A DNA stretch of 64,000 nucleotides. Source: Escherichia coli (lineage in GTDB: Bacteria; Pseudomonadota; Gammaproteobacteria; Enterobacterales; Enterobacteriaceae). Location of the stretch: the NCBI RefSeq assembly GCF_030384885.1, contig NZ_CP128613.1, one strand, 5' to 3'. The notes beneath the pieces are model-generated. The model was not told the origin of the DNA, searched no databases, and was given only the letters and a program-made list of their open reading frames with translations. Below, in pieces: positions 22,067 through 33,407 of the stretch (positions are counted from its first letter, which is position 1; each line of letters starts with the position of its first letter). The translations under genes were made by a program, and so were the position numbers.

Positions 22067-23317
22067 ATGTCAACTCCACTTCAAGGAATTAAAGTTCTCG
22101 ATTTCACCGGTGTGCAATCTGGCCCATCTTGTACTCAGATGCTGGCGTGGTTTGGCGCTGACGTCATTAAAATTGAACGTCCCGGCGTTGGTGACGTAAC
22201 GCGTCGCCAGCTGCGAGATATTCCTGATATCGATGCACTTTACTTCACCATGCTTAACAGCAACAAACGTTCTATTGAATTAAATACCAAAACAACGGAA
22301 GGCAAAGAGGTAATGGAAAAGCTGATCCGCGAAGCTGATATCTTGGTCGAGAACTTTCATCCAGGGGCTATTGATCACATGGGCTTCACCTGGGAGCATA
22401 TTCAGGAAATCAACCCACGTCTGATTTTTGGTTCGATCAAAGGGTTTGATGAGTGTTCGCCTTATGTGAATGTAAAAGCCTATGAAAACGTTGCTCAGGC
22501 AGCGGGTGGCGCGGCATCCACTACGGGTTTTTGGGACGGCCCGCCGCTGGTAAGCGCTGCAGCGTTGGGTGACAGCAACACCGGAATGCATTTGCTGATC
22601 GGTTTACTTGCTGCTTTGCTGCATCGCGAAAAAACGGGGCGTGGGCAACGAGTTACCATGTCAATGCAGGATGCCGTGTTGAACCTTTGCCGCGTGAAAT
22701 TACGTGACCAGCAGCGCCTCGATAAGCTGGGTTATCTGGAAGAATACCCGCAGTATCCGAATGGCACATTTGGCGACGCAGTACCACGCGGTGGTAATGC
22801 GGGTGGTGGCGGTCAGCCTGGCTGGATCCTGAAATGTAAAGGCTGGGAAACCGATCCTAACGCCTATATTTATTTCACTATTCAGGAGCAAAACTGGGAA
22901 AACACCTGTAAAGCTATCGGCAAACCAGAATGGATTACCGATCCGGCATACAGTACAGCTCATGCCCGACAGCCACATATTTTCGATATTTTTGCTGAAA
23001 TCGAAAAATACACTGTCACTATTGATAAACATGAAGCGGTGGCCTATTTGACTCAGTTTGATATTCCTTGTGCACCGGTTTTAAGTATGAAAGAAATTTC
23101 ACTTGATCCCTCTTTGCGCCAAAGTGGCAGTGTTGTCGAAGTGGAGCAACCGTTGCGTGGAAAATATCTGACAGTTGGTTGTCCAATGAAATTCTCTGCC
23201 TTTACGCCGGATATTAAAGCTGCGCCGCTATTAGGTGAACATACCGCTGCTGTATTGCAGGAGCTGGGTTATAGCGACGATGAAATTGCTGCAATGAAGC
23301 AAAACCACGCCATCTGA
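22067..23317 (+). CDS. frc: Formyl-CoA:oxalate CoA-transferase (family III CoA-transferase)
   Basis: 416-aa ORF; N-terminus [43 protein letters not shown] typical of family III CoA-transferases. Confidence 0.9.
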   Translation: MSTPLQGIKVLDFTGVQSGPSCTQMLAWFGADVIKIERPGVGDVTRRQLRDIPDIDALYFTMLNSNKRSIELNTKTTEGKEVMEKLIREADILVENFHPGAIDHMGFTWEHIQEINPRLIFGSIKGFDECSPYVNVKAYENVAQAAGGAASTTGFWDGPPLVSAAALGDSNTGMHLLIGLLAALLHREKTGRGQRVTMSMQDAVLNLCRVKLRDQQRLDKLGYLEEYPQYPNGTFGDAVPRGGNAGGGGQPGWILKCKGWETDPNAYIYFTIQEQNWENTCKAIGKPEWITDPAYSTAHARQPHIFDIFAEIEKYTVTIDKHEAVAYLTQFDIPCAPVLSMKEISLDPSLRQSGSVVEVEQPLRGKYLTVGCPMKFSAFTPDIKAAPLLGEHTAAVLQELGYSDDEIAAMKQNHAI

Positions 23318-23370
23318 TATTAACGGGGGCTTCTGGCTCCCAATTTATAAAAATTTCGAGGTTATTAATC

Positions 23371-25065
23371 ATGTCAGATCAACTTCAAATGACAGATGGT
23401 ATGCATATCATCGTTGAAGCATTAAAACAGAATAATATTGACACTATTTATGGTGTTGTAGGTATTCCTGTGACGGATATGGCGCGCCATGCCCAGGCGG
23501 AAGGCATTCGTTATATTGGTTTTCGTCATGAGCAATCTGCAGGCTATGCGGCTGCGGCAAGCGGTTTTCTTACCCAAAAGCCAGGGATCTGCCTGACCGT
23601 TTCTGCGCCAGGATTCCTCAATGGTTTGACCGCATTGGCCAACGCAACAGTAAATGGTTTTCCGATGATCATGATCAGCGGCTCCAGCGATCGCGCGATC
23701 GTTGATCTCCAGCAAGGTGATTATGAAGAGCTGGACCAAATGAATGCGGCAAAACCCTATGCCAAAGCGGCATTCCGCGTTAACCAGCCGCAGGATCTTG
23801 GCATTGCGTTGGCACGCGCTATCCGGGTCTCCGTTTCGGGTCGCCCTGGCGGTGTTTATCTTGATTTGCCAGCAAATGTCCTGGCTGCGACGATGGAAAA
23901 GGACGAGGCATTAGCCACTATTGTTAAAGTTGAAAACCCATCGCCAGCGTTATTGCCATGCCCGAAGTCAGTCACTAGTGCAATTTCGCTGTTAGCAAAA
24001 GCAGAACGGCCATTAATTATCCTTGGTAAAGGCGCGGCGTATTCACAAGCTGATGAGCAGCTTCGTGAGTTTATTGAAAGTACCCAGATTCCATTCCTGC
24101 CAATGTCTATGGCGAAAGGGATCCTGGAAGATACGCATCCACTTTCTGCGGCGGCTGCGCGTTCGTTTGCGCTGGCAAATGCTGATGTTGTCATGCTTGT
24201 TGGGGCGCGACTGAATTGGTTACTGGCGCACGGTAAAAAAGGATGGGCGGCAGATACACAGTTTATTCAACTGGATATAGAACCGCAGGAAATTGACAGC
24301 AATCGACCCATTACTGTGCCAGTCGTTGGCGATATTGCATCCAGTATGCAAGGTATGCTGGCAGAACTGAAACAAAACACATTTACGACTCCACTGGTGT
24401 GGCGCGATATTTTAAATATCCACAAGCAGCAAAATGCGCAAAAAATGCATGAAAAGTTAAGTACAGATACCCAACCATTAAATTACTTTAATGCATTGAG
24501 TGCGGTGCGCGATGTATTGCGCGAGAACCAGGATATTTATTTAGTTAATGAAGGGGCAAATACCCTGGATAATGCACGAAATATTATTGATATGTATAAA
24601 CCACGTCGTCGTCTGGATTGTGGCACCTGGGGTGTCATGGGCATCGGTATGGGCTATGCCATCGGTGCTAGCGTGACCTCTGGTTCTCCGGTTGTCGCCA
24701 TTGAAGGTGATAGTGCTTTTGGTTTCAGTGGGATGGAGATTGAAACGATTTGTCGATATAACCTGCCGGTGACAATCGTTATTTTTAATAATGGCGGCAT
24801 CTACAGAGGAGACGGTGTTGATCTCAGTGGCGCTGGTGCACCATCACCAACAGATCTATTGCACCATGCAAGGTATGACAAATTAATGGATGCATTTCGT
24901 GGCGTTGGATATAACGTCACCACGACAGATGAACTTCGTCATGCTTTAACCACCGGTATTCAGTCGCGCAAACCGACCATTATTAATGTGGTCATCGACC
25001 CAGCAGCAGGAACTGAAAGTGGCCATATTACCAAACTTAACCCAAAACAAGTCGCTGGTAATTAA
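23371..25065 (+). CDS. oxc: Oxalyl-CoA decarboxylase (ThDP-dependent)
   Basis: 564-aa ORF with thiamine-diphosphate binding motif ([15 protein letters not shown]...N). Confidence 0.9.
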
Positions 25066-25133
25066 ATACTGACATCGTCTCCTCTTGCCAACTCATTATC
25101 GATGGTGAGGGGACCCTTATCGGAAATACTATT

Positions 25134-26078
25134 ATGCTAACATTTTTTATTGGCGATTTATTGCCTATTATCGTAATCATGCTGTTGGGTTATTTTAGCG
25201 GCAGACGAGAAACTTTTTCAGAAGATCAAGCCCGGGCATTTAATAAACTGGTATTAAACTACGCTCTTCCTGCGGCCCTATTTGTTTCTATTACCCGGGC
25301 AAACAGGGAAATGATTTTTGCGGACACTCGCCTGACCCTTGTATCACTTGTGGTTATTGTCGGATGTTTCTTTTTCTCCTGGTTTGGTTGCTACAAATTT
25401 TTTAAACGTACCCATGCAGAAGCAGCAGTATGTGCATTAATTGCAGGTTCACCTACCATTGGATTCCTGGGGTTTGCAGTTCTCGACCCTATTTATGGTG
25501 ATTCCGTATCAACAGGTTTAGTGGTAGCAATTATTTCTATTATTGTTAACGCAATTACTATTCCTATTGGTCTGTATTTGCTGAATCCCTCCTCAGGAGC
25601 GGATGGTAAGAAGAATAGCAATCTGAGCGCGTTAATCTCTGCGGCAAAGGAGCCAGTCGTATGGGCACCTGTTCTGGCAACGATCTTGGTGTTGGTTGGG
25701 GTAAAAATTCCGGCAGCATGGGATCCAACCTTTAATCTGATTGCGAAGGCTAACTCAGGGGTAGCGGTATTCGCTGCGGGGTTGACTCTGGCTGCACATA
25801 AATTCGAGTTCAGTGCTGAAATTGCTTATAACACCTTCCTGAAGCTGATTCTGATGCCACTGGCACTGCTTCTCGTTGGTATGGCATGTCATTTGAACAG
25901 CGAACATCTGCAGATGATGGTACTGGCAGGCGCATTACCGCCGGCATTCTCCGGAATCATTATTGCCAGCCGGTTTAATGTCTACACCCGCACTGGTACA
26001 GCGTCATTGGCTGTTAGCGTGCTGGGTTTTGTCGTCACGGCTCCCTTGTGGATTTATGTCAGTCGACTGGTTTCATAA
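25134..26078 (+). CDS. yfdV: AEC-family (auxin efflux carrier-like) membrane transporter
   Basis: 314-aa polytopic ORF directly downstream of oxc. Confidence 0.8.
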
Positions 26079-26151
26079 TTAATCATGTTATTAATTTTCA
26101 TAAATGCCGAAGAGTCTTTTCACCTTCGGCTTTTTTTCAAGGCATAAGCAA

Positions 26152-27297
26152 ATGACCAATAATGAATGCAAAGGGCCGTTTGAAGGCTTATTAGTTATCG
26201 ATATGACGCATGTCCTTAATGGGCCTTTCGGAACTCAACTTCTTTGTAATATGGGCGCAAGGGTAATTAAAGTTGAGCCGCCAGGTCATGGTGATGATAC
26301 CCGCACATTTGGTCCCTATGTGGATGGACAGTCACTCTATTACAGTTTTATTAATCATGGCAAAGAGAGTGTGGTTCTTGATTTAAAGAATGATCACGAT
26401 AAAAGCATATTTATAAATATGCTTAAACAAGCGGATGTATTAGCTGAGAATTTTCGCCCAGGTACAATGGAAAAACTGGGGTTTTCATGGGAAACGCTAC
26501 AAGAAATCAACCCGCGTCTCATCTATGCTTCATCGTCAGGTTTTGGGCATACTGGCCCGCTAAAAGATGCTCCTGCCTACGATACCATCATTCAGGCAAT
26601 GAGCGGGATAATGATGGAAACGGGATACCCTGATGCTCCGCCTGTGCGCGTGGGTACCTCTCTTGCGGATTTATGTGGCGGTGTCTATTTATTCAGTGGA
26701 ATCGTGAGTGCGCTTTATGGCCGCGAAAAAAGCCAGCGAGGGGCGCATGTCGATATCGCGATGTTTGATGCCACTCTGAGTTTTCTGGAGCATGGACTGA
26801 TGGCATATATCGCGACAGGGAAGTCACCACAACGTCTGGGAAATCGTCACCCCTACATGGCACCTTTTGATGTTTTCGATACTCAGGATAAACCAATTAC
26901 GATTTGTTGTGGTAATGACAAGCTTTTTTCTGCGTTATGCCAGGCACTGGATCTGACGGAACTTGTTGATGATCCCCGATTTATCAGCAATATTTTACGC
27001 GTACAAAACCAGGCTATTCTTAAACAATATATTGAGCGGACGTTAAAAACGCAGGCAGCTGAAGTTTGGTTAGCCAGAATACATGAAGTTGGTGTACCCG
27101 TAGCGCCGTTATTAAGTGTGGCTGAGGCCATTAATTTGCCACAAACTCAGGCGAGAAATATGTTGATTGAAGCCGGGGGAATAATGATGCCGGGTAATCC
27201 GATAAAAATCAGCGGCTGCGCGGACCCGCATGTTATGCCGGGAGCGGCAACGCTCGACCAGCATGGGGAACAAATTCGCCAGGAATTCTCATCGTAA
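26152..27297 (+). CDS. yfdE: Family III CoA-transferase (acetyl-CoA:oxalate CoA-transferase)
   Basis: Translation from MTNNECKGPFEGLLVIDMTHVLNGPFG (381 aa); paralogous to frc. The ORF-track start at 26104 is 16 codons upstream. Confidence 0.85.
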   Translation: MTNNECKGPFEGLLVIDMTHVLNGPFGTQLLCNMGARVIKVEPPGHGDDTRTFGPYVDGQSLYYSFINHGKESVVLDLKNDHDKSIFINMLKQADVLAENFRPGTMEKLGFSWETLQEINPRLIYASSSGFGHTGPLKDAPAYDTIIQAMSGIMMETGYPDAPPVRVGTSLADLCGGVYLFSGIVSALYGREKSQRGAHVDIAMFDATLSFLEHGLMAYIATGKSPQRLGNRHPYMAPFDVFDTQDKPITICCGNDKLFSALCQALDLTELVDDPRFISNILRVQNQAILKQYIERTLKTQAAEVWLARIHEVGVPVAPLLSVAEAINLPQTQARNMLIEAGGIMMPGNPIKISGCADPHVMPGAATLDQHGEQIRQEFSS

Positions 27298-27315
27298 ATG
27301 TTAGATGTGCTGGTA

Positions 27316-27355
27316 AATAGCTCCCACATTTGAACATTGTGGGAGCCGCTATTTA
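27316..27355. terminator. Bidirectional hairpin between convergent yfdE and evgS
   Basis: aaatagctcccacatttgaacattgtgggagccgctattt, stem gctcccaca/tgtgggagc. Confidence 0.6.
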
Positions 27356-30300
27356 GTCATTTTGTTGACAGAAAACCGCAATCTCCTGGTCTAACTCTGC
27401 AATGTGTTCTTTAACAGAGTTCAGCAACTTAAGAATTTCAGGCTTGCTGTCATCTGAAACGGGCGTTATTTCTAACTGGTGGCTAAGATTAATCAACTTT
27501 TGCAAATTCAGGATGTTAGCCGCACCGTGGATGCGATGAATACACTGATGGAAAGTTCTGTTATCGCCAGCTTCTAACGCATGAAACGCAGCGGGTAGAT
27601 CTTTATGCGTTTCATGCTGGAAAGTCATGAGAATCTCCTGCATCAGTTGTAGATCGTTCGCCGTATTATTTTTCAGGGCCTCGATATCAAGGTGGCGATA
27701 CTGAGGTGCAATATGCGCAACCTGGTGTAACTGACTTAAATGTGTTTTCAGTACATCCAGGGTTAACGGTTTGAACAAACATAAGTTCATGCCGCAATTT
27801 AACCCTTTGTCGCGTTCATTAGCCTGTGCGTTGGCCGTAAGCCCCCAGACGGGTAAAGAATAATGTTGCTCACGGAGTTTGCGGGTCAACTCAAAACCAT
27901 CCATATTCGGCATATTAACGTCAGTAATAAACAGATCATAATGCTGCATACTGACTTTGTGTAGCGCCTGTACACCATCAGAGGCTTCATCAACATCATA
28001 CCCTAATAGGTTTAGCTGGCGTTTGAGTAAAAGTCTGTTTGTCGGATGATCATCCGCGATTAATATGTTTAATTTTTCAGGCAGTGTGACGGGTTGTTCT
28101 GGTTTTGCCTCGACAGTCGCCACTTGCTGGGTAATTTCTACCGGGATTGTGATTGTAAAAGTCGTTCCTATGCCGGGATGACTTTCTAATGACAAATCGC
28201 CCTGCATGTTTTTGATTAATTCTTTGCAGATCATGAGGCCTAAACCAGAACCTGTTTGCTGACGACCTGCTGTTGTTTGGCTATAGCGTTTAAACAGTTG
28301 TTGTTGTTCTTCCTGCGATAATCCGCTTCCGGTGTCCATAATCGTCATTTTGATAACAGCGTGGTAGTCATCAATATGAACCAGGGAAGTCGTAATTTTT
28401 ACTGCCCCCTCGGTGGTAAATTTAAGGGCATTACTCAGTAAATTAGACAGCACCTGCTTAAATGCTTGAGGGTCGATTTTAACCAGGTAGCGTTCAGGAA
28501 GCGTACTGCTGCAATTTAATGCGATGGATTTGCTTGCAGCAATCGCACCGAAAGAATGACAAGTGTTCTGGACTAAAGCAGGGATATCGACCCATTGTGG
28601 TTGAAGTTGATAGTTACCCGATTCAATTTTGTCGACATCAAGGATTTCACCAATTAAGCCGAGGAGCGACTGTCCGGTGGCGTAAGCAAGTGAAATCGCC
28701 TCCACACGTTGCTCCTTGCTAAGACCTGAACCCGACAGAAGTTCCAGGAAGCCCATAATGGAGCTTATTGGTGTTCTTATTTCGTGACTCATTGTTGCCA
28801 GGAACTGGCTTTTTGCGACAGTTGCATTGATAGCTTTATTTCTTTCTACTTCGAGTGCATGAATTAAATCACGCGTCTCGGTAATATCTTGCCAACCACA
28901 AATATATACTGCATTGTCACTTGCAGGTAAATTGCATAATGTATGCCAATGATTAATGCATCTTTTTTCAATACCATTATTAATTTCAAAAACTTGGCTA
29001 TATATTGTTCTGTTTTCTTTTGTTTCTGCTGTGACTTCATGCACATTAGAAAAAACATCTTTAAAGGGGGAGTCACTGTTTTCTAATGGTAACATTGCAT
29101 TTTTGTAGTAATCAGCAGTGAAATAATGTTCAAATGCACTATTGTGACTAATGACATTACCTTGCCAGTTTACAACATAAGTTGGATTCGGTAAGGAATC
29201 CGAGAGTGCTTTCCGGAATGATATTTGGTTTTCTAAATCACCCTGAATTACCTTACGACGACGAACTGAGCGTAACAGGTAGAATCCCCATAAAAGGCTA
29301 CTGCCAACTAATAAAACGGATAAAGTCGTAACAATGTAAAATTGCTCACTATAGAGGTCCCATGTGTCAATGGTCACATTGGGCATTTTGATCCATTTTT
29401 CCGTCAGGCGCAGAACTTCGCTTGGGGGAATTGCATTCAATGCTTTATTAATAATATCCTTAAGTTCTGGTTCTCCGCGAGGAAAAGCGAACGAAAGCGA
29501 TGCATTCTCAACGCCGGGAATAAGAAAATGATAAAGCTCATTAGGATAGTAATGGTCGATCATGTAACGCGAATTTAGCTGTGTCGCGACCAGGGCATCA
29601 AGTTCACCTTCCTTAACCTTGTGAAATGCAGCGCTAGCATTATCGACTTGTATCCACTCAACCTCCGGATACATCTCTTTCAATTGCGAATGAAGCTCAT
29701 AATAATATGGAATGGCAACTTTCATTCCTTTTTTTAAAGTTTGTTCACTATCAGGCGCTTTTTGCATGACGAAAACGTAAGGCGTTGTTATGAATGCTTC
29801 AGCAAATAAAACATTATTTTCTCGATCTTCACTATAAATAGCACCAGGTAAGATATCCCATCCATCGGGATTAAGCTGTGTTCCGGCATGGATATTGTGT
29901 GAAACGGTGATCGGAGAAAATTTTAAACCTGTTTGCAATGTAATAATATTAAGAATATCCCCCATAACGCCCCGAACCGAGCCATTTTCATCAGTCATAG
30001 AATAGGGGGGCGAGTAAGGATTTTCCAGCACCCTTAATTCGGGATGCTGCTTAATCCACAGTTTTTCATGTTCAGTGAGTTCTAATGGTTTGTTCAGAAA
30101 GGCCAGGTTCCCTGTATCAAGCCAATTTTGTGATACTTCATAGCGAACTTCATTTGTTAAAGCATCGACAAATCGATTGAGTACTTCATTAAGAACAACT
30201 GATTCTTTTCTGGTTAAGAAGAAATTATATTGGCGCGGTGTACTATAATAATTTACTACATTTAAGGAGTGAGTAAAATATCGGGAAATCATACTACTGG

Positions 30301-30946
30301 TAATGATGTTACTACCCATAAAGTAATCATTATGTCCGGTAGAAACGGATGCCAATGCCTGATATAAATTTGTAAAAGAGATAATTGTTGCTTTGGGAAA
30401 TGATTGGTGAATTACCTCGTCGGGGGGGTAATTTGCTACTCGCGCAATATTCACTGGTTTCGGCGAGGTTAGCGGTCGCATTGAATCGTGGAGGGTGGTG
30501 ACCAGCGCCGGAAAGGTAATTATCAATGGTTTGGTTGCAGCAATGTCCTCATTAACAGGCGGCGAAGCAACTAAATGTGATAACACGATATCGACTTCAC
30601 CTTCTTCCAGCGCGTCCATTGCTTTTTGATGATTAGGGTATTCCCGGAGTGTTAATTTGATATTTAATGCTTTTTTTAAAAGATTTAAATAATCAGCATT
30701 AATACCACGAACCCGTTGCTGCGAATCGGTATGCAATAATGTCGCTGTTTTTGACTTGTGTACTGCAATCACAAGATTTTTTTTGCTTGCCAGCCAACGC
30801 AACTCCTTGTTGCTCAGACGCAGTGGATCAAGTGTGACACGATTGTTACTACTGATGCCACGATATTCAATGTAATCTTCGTCTGCGAAACTTATAGTCG
30901 ACCAAAGACAACAAGAGAGAAGAAAAAAATAGGTTAAAAACTTCAT
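27353..30946 (-). CDS. evgS: Hybrid sensor histidine kinase EvgS (periplasmic solute-binding domains, HK, receiver, HPt)
   Basis: Translation from MKFLTYFFLLSCCLWSTISFA (1197 aa) with histidine kinase, receiver and HPt regions; the ORF track extends 10 codons further upstream. Confidence 0.9.
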   Translation of the reverse strand: MKFLTYFFLLSCCLWSTISFADEDYIEYRGISSNNRVTLDPLRLSNKELRWLASKKNLVIAVHKSKTATLLHTDSQQRVRGINADYLNLLKKALNIKLTLREYPNHQKAMDALEEGEVDIVLSHLVASPPVNEDIAATKPLIITFPALVTTLHDSMRPLTSPKPVNIARVANYPPDEVIHQSFPKATIISFTNLYQALASVSTGHNDYFMGSNIITSSMISRYFTHSLNVVNYYSTPRQYNFFLTRKESVVLNEVLNRFVDALTNEVRYEVSQNWLDTGNLAFLNKPLELTEHEKLWIKQHPELRVLENPYSPPYSMTDENGSVRGVMGDILNIITLQTGLKFSPITVSHNIHAGTQLNPDGWDILPGAIYSEDRENNVLFAEAFITTPYVFVMQKAPDSEQTLKKGMKVAIPYYYELHSQLKEMYPEVEWIQVDNASAAFHKVKEGELDALVATQLNSRYMIDHYYPNELYHFLIPGVENASLSFAFPRGEPELKDIINKALNAIPPSEVLRLTEKWIKMPNVTIDTWDLYSEQFYIVTTLSVLLVGSSLLWGFYLLRSVRRRKVIQGDLENQISFRKALSDSLPNPTYVVNWQGNVISHNSAFEHYFTADYYKNAMLPLENSDSPFKDVFSNVHEVTAETKENRTIYSQVFEINNGIEKRCINHWHTLCNLPASDNAVYICGWQDITETRDLIHALEVERNKAINATVAKSQFLATMSHEIRTPISSIMGFLELLSGSGLSKEQRVEAISLAYATGQSLLGLIGEILDVDKIESGNYQLQPQWVDIPALVQNTCHSFGAIAASKSIALNCSSTLPERYLVKIDPQAFKQVLSNLLSNALKFTTEGAVKITTSLVHIDDYHAVIKMTIMDTGSGLSQEEQQQLFKRYSQTTAGRQQTGSGLGLMICKELIKNMQGDLSLESHPGIGTTFTITIPVEITQQVATVEAKPEQPVTLPEKLNILIADDHPTNRLLLKRQLNLLGYDVDEASDGVQALHKVSMQHYDLFITDVNMPNMDGFELTRKLREQHYSLPVWGLTANAQANERDKGLNCGMNLCLFKPLTLDVLKTHLSQLHQVAHIAPQYRHLDIEALKNNTANDLQLMQEILMTFQHETHKDLPAAFHALEAGDNRTFHQCIHRIHGAANILNLQKLINLSHQLEITPVSDDSKPEILKLLNSVKEHIAELDQEIAVFCQQND

Positions 30947-30950
30947 GTGG

Positions 30951-31565
30951 TTAGCCGATTTTGTTACGTTGCGCAAATGTGTAAAGATCCATCAGTGATT
31001 TACATTCTAATTTTTCCATCAGGCGACTTTTATAAGTGCTGACAGTTTTGTTGCTGATGAACATTTTCTCGGCAATGTCATTGTTATCTTTGCCATCGAG
31101 GATATAGCGCATGACACTAATTTCTTGTTTCGATAAGGAGTCGAGTTTTTGCTGGTCGGACGTTAAACTTCCAACAAATCGATTGAGAGAGAAGGGGAAA
31201 TAGCAGTAGCCATTTTTTGCTGCTTCAATAGCCGCAATGATATTGTTCATGCCCTCTTTTTTACTGACGAATCCATTAGCGCCAGCATCAGCACAATGTT
31301 TCCCGTAAAAATGGTCATTTTTAGCGGAGACGATAATAATAATTCCGCTATATTGGCGCTTCCTCAGTGTTTCTAACACCTGGATACCGTTAACTCCGGG
31401 GATATCGACGTCAATGATGACGATATCAGGCTTAAGTGTTTCCACCCGTTGAACGGCGCTTCCGCCTTCAGTCAACTCGGCTAAGATTTCAATATCGTTT
31501 TTGATCAATAAATTACGAATTGCTGCGATAGCAAGAGGATGGTCATCAATAATTATTGCATTCAT
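30951..31565 (-). CDS. evgA: Response regulator EvgA (NarL/FixJ family)
   Basis: 204-aa ORF MNAIIIDDHPLAIAAIRNLL with C-terminal LuxR-type HTH. Confidence 0.93.
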   Translation of the reverse strand: MNAIIIDDHPLAIAAIRNLLIKNDIEILAELTEGGSAVQRVETLKPDIVIIDVDIPGVNGIQVLETLRKRQYSGIIIIVSAKNDHFYGKHCADAGANGFVSKKEGMNNIIAAIEAAKNGYCYFPFSLNRFVGSLTSDQQKLDSLSKQEISVMRYILDGKDNNDIAEKMFISNKTVSTYKSRLMEKLECKSLMDLYTFAQRNKIG

Positions 31566-31789
31566 AGATTATTCCCTTTGCAATGAAGCATCTCCCTTCT
31601 CCCTGTAGTAATACAGACATAAGGCATCATCTCATTTTCTCAATAAAAATAAGAAAATTTGCGCTTCCTTTAAGATAATTCGGTAAGTATACCATATAAA
31701 TAGTCAGCATAAATAAAATGTCAACAATAAATTCAGGGATAATACCGCTAACTTATAGTTTCAAATGATTACTATAAGGCTTCTCATTA

Positions 31790-31807
31790 ATCCTACAGGC
31801 GTAAGAA
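31790..31807. promoter_or_regulatory. EvgA box in the evgA-emrK divergent promoter region
   Basis: atcctacaggcgtaagaa; same inverted-repeat motif as upstream of yfdX and frc. Confidence 0.65.
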
Positions 31808-32066
31808 TTGTATTGCAAAAGTCACGGTTCAGTCCTCTGTTGTATCTTCTGCAACTCCTTTAAATTAGGCCTCCAACGTTCCTGGGATAATGTGTAACAC
31901 ATGCACTGTGTTTGATATGAAGAATGAATACTCTTTTCATTCAATTCATAAATTTCATCTATGCGAAATGAGAGATAATAGTGGAACAGATTAATTCAAA
32001 TAAAAAACATTCTGACAGAAGAAAATATTTTTCTTTATTAGCGGTAGTTTTATTTATTGCGTTTTC

Positions 32067-32071
32067 AGGAG
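32067..32071. repeat. Target-site duplication (AGGAG), copy 1
   Basis: aggag immediately abuts the IS2 terminus beginning at 32072. Confidence 0.85.
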
Positions 32072-32082
32072 TGGATTTGCCC

Positions 32083-32988
32083 CTATATTTCCAGACACCT
32101 GTTATCACTTAACCCATTACTGGCCTGCTGCCGTAGATATTCCCGTGGCGAGCGATAACCCAGTGCACTATGCGGATGCCATTCGTTATAATGCTCGAAC
32201 GCCTCTGCAAGGTTCTTTGCTGCCGTTAACCCGTCTGGTTTAGGCATGACACTGATGTAGTCACGCTTTATCGTTTTCACGAAGCTCTCTGCTATGCCGT
32301 TACTCTCCGGACTCCGCACCGCCGTGTTCTTCGGTTCAAGCCCCAACATCCGGGCAAACTGCCGTGTTTCATTAGCCCGGTAGCATGAACCATTATCCGT
32401 CAGCCACTCTACTGGAGACGCCGGAAGCTCGTTGCCGAAGCGGCGTTCAACCGCTCCCAGCATGACGTCCTGTACTGTTTCACTGTCGAAGCCGCCCGTA
32501 GTGACCGCCCAGTACAGTGCCTCACGGTCACAGCAGTCCAGCGCGAACGTGACTCGCAGTTTTTCTCCGTTATCACAGCGGAACTCGAACCCGTCAGAGC
32601 ACCATCGTTGATTGCTTTCTTTCACGGCCACTTTGCCAGTATGTGCCCGCTTCGATGGCGGTACAGCGGTTTTTCGCTCAAGCAACAGCGCATTCTGGCG
32701 CATGATCCGGTAAACACGTTTGGCATTGATCGCAGGCATACCATCAAGTTCGGCCTGTCTGCGAAGCAGCGCCCATACCCGACGATAACCATACGTGGGC
32801 AGCTCTCCGATAACATGGTGTATACGGAGAAGTACATCCATATCATCTGAGTGACGGCTGCGGCGACCATCTTTCCAGTCATCGGTTCGTCTGAGAATGA
32901 CGTGCAACTGCGCACGCGACACCCGGAGACAACGGCTGACTAAGCTTACTCCCCATCCCCGGGCAATAAGGGCGCGTGCGCTATCCAC
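32083..32988 (-). CDS. insD: IS2 transposase OrfB (InsD), DDE integrase-like catalytic domain
   Basis: 301-aa ORF; normally expressed as an OrfAB fusion via -1 frameshifting in IS3-family elements. Confidence 0.88.
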
Positions 32989-33311
32989 TTTTTTGCACGC
33001 CCATATTCAACGGCTTCTTTAAGGAGTTCATTTTCCATCGTTTTTTTGCCGAGCAGGCGCTGGAGTTCTTTAATCTGCTTCATGGCAGCAGCAAGTTCAG
33101 AGGCAGGAACGACCTGTTCTCCTGCGGCCACAGCAGTAAGACTTCCCTCCTGGTATTGCTTGCGCCAGAGAAATAGCTGGCTGGCTGCCACACCGTGTTG
33201 CCGGGCAACAAGGGAGACCGTCATTCCCGGTTCAAAACTCTGCTGAACAATAGCGATCTTTTCCTGTGTAGTACGCCGTCTGCGTTTCTCCGGTCCTAAG
33301 ACATCAATCAT
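32946..33311 (-). CDS. insC: IS2 OrfA (InsC), HTH DNA-binding regulator of transposition
   Basis: Translation from [29 protein letters not shown] (121 aa); the ORF track extends 15 codons upstream into the IRL. Confidence 0.88.
32984..32993 (-). other. Slippery A-rich heptamer (A AAA AAG on the coding strand) in the insC/insD overlap; candidate programmed -1 frameshift site
   Basis: Plus strand cttttttg lies in the insC-insD overlap; IS3-family frameshifting is established knowledge, the exact position here is read from sequence. Confidence 0.55.
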
Positions 33312-33402
33312 CTGCTCTCCAATGACTAGTCTAAAAACTAGTATTAAGACTATCACTTATTTAAGTGATATTGGTTGTCTGGAGATTCAGGGGGCCAGTC
33401 TA

Positions 33403-33407
33403 AGGAG
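33403..33407. repeat. Target-site duplication (AGGAG), copy 2
   Basis: aggag immediately follows the IS2 IRL terminus at 33402. Confidence 0.85.

Larger units (their letters stand above)
32072..33402 (-). mobile_element. IS2 insertion sequence (IS3 family), complete 1331-bp copy
   Basis: Terminal sequences tggatttgcccctatatttccagaca (IRR, at 32072) and tagactggccccctgaatctccagaca (IRL, reverse complement ending at 33402); encodes InsC/InsD; flanked by a 5-bp direct repeat. Confidence 0.92.
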
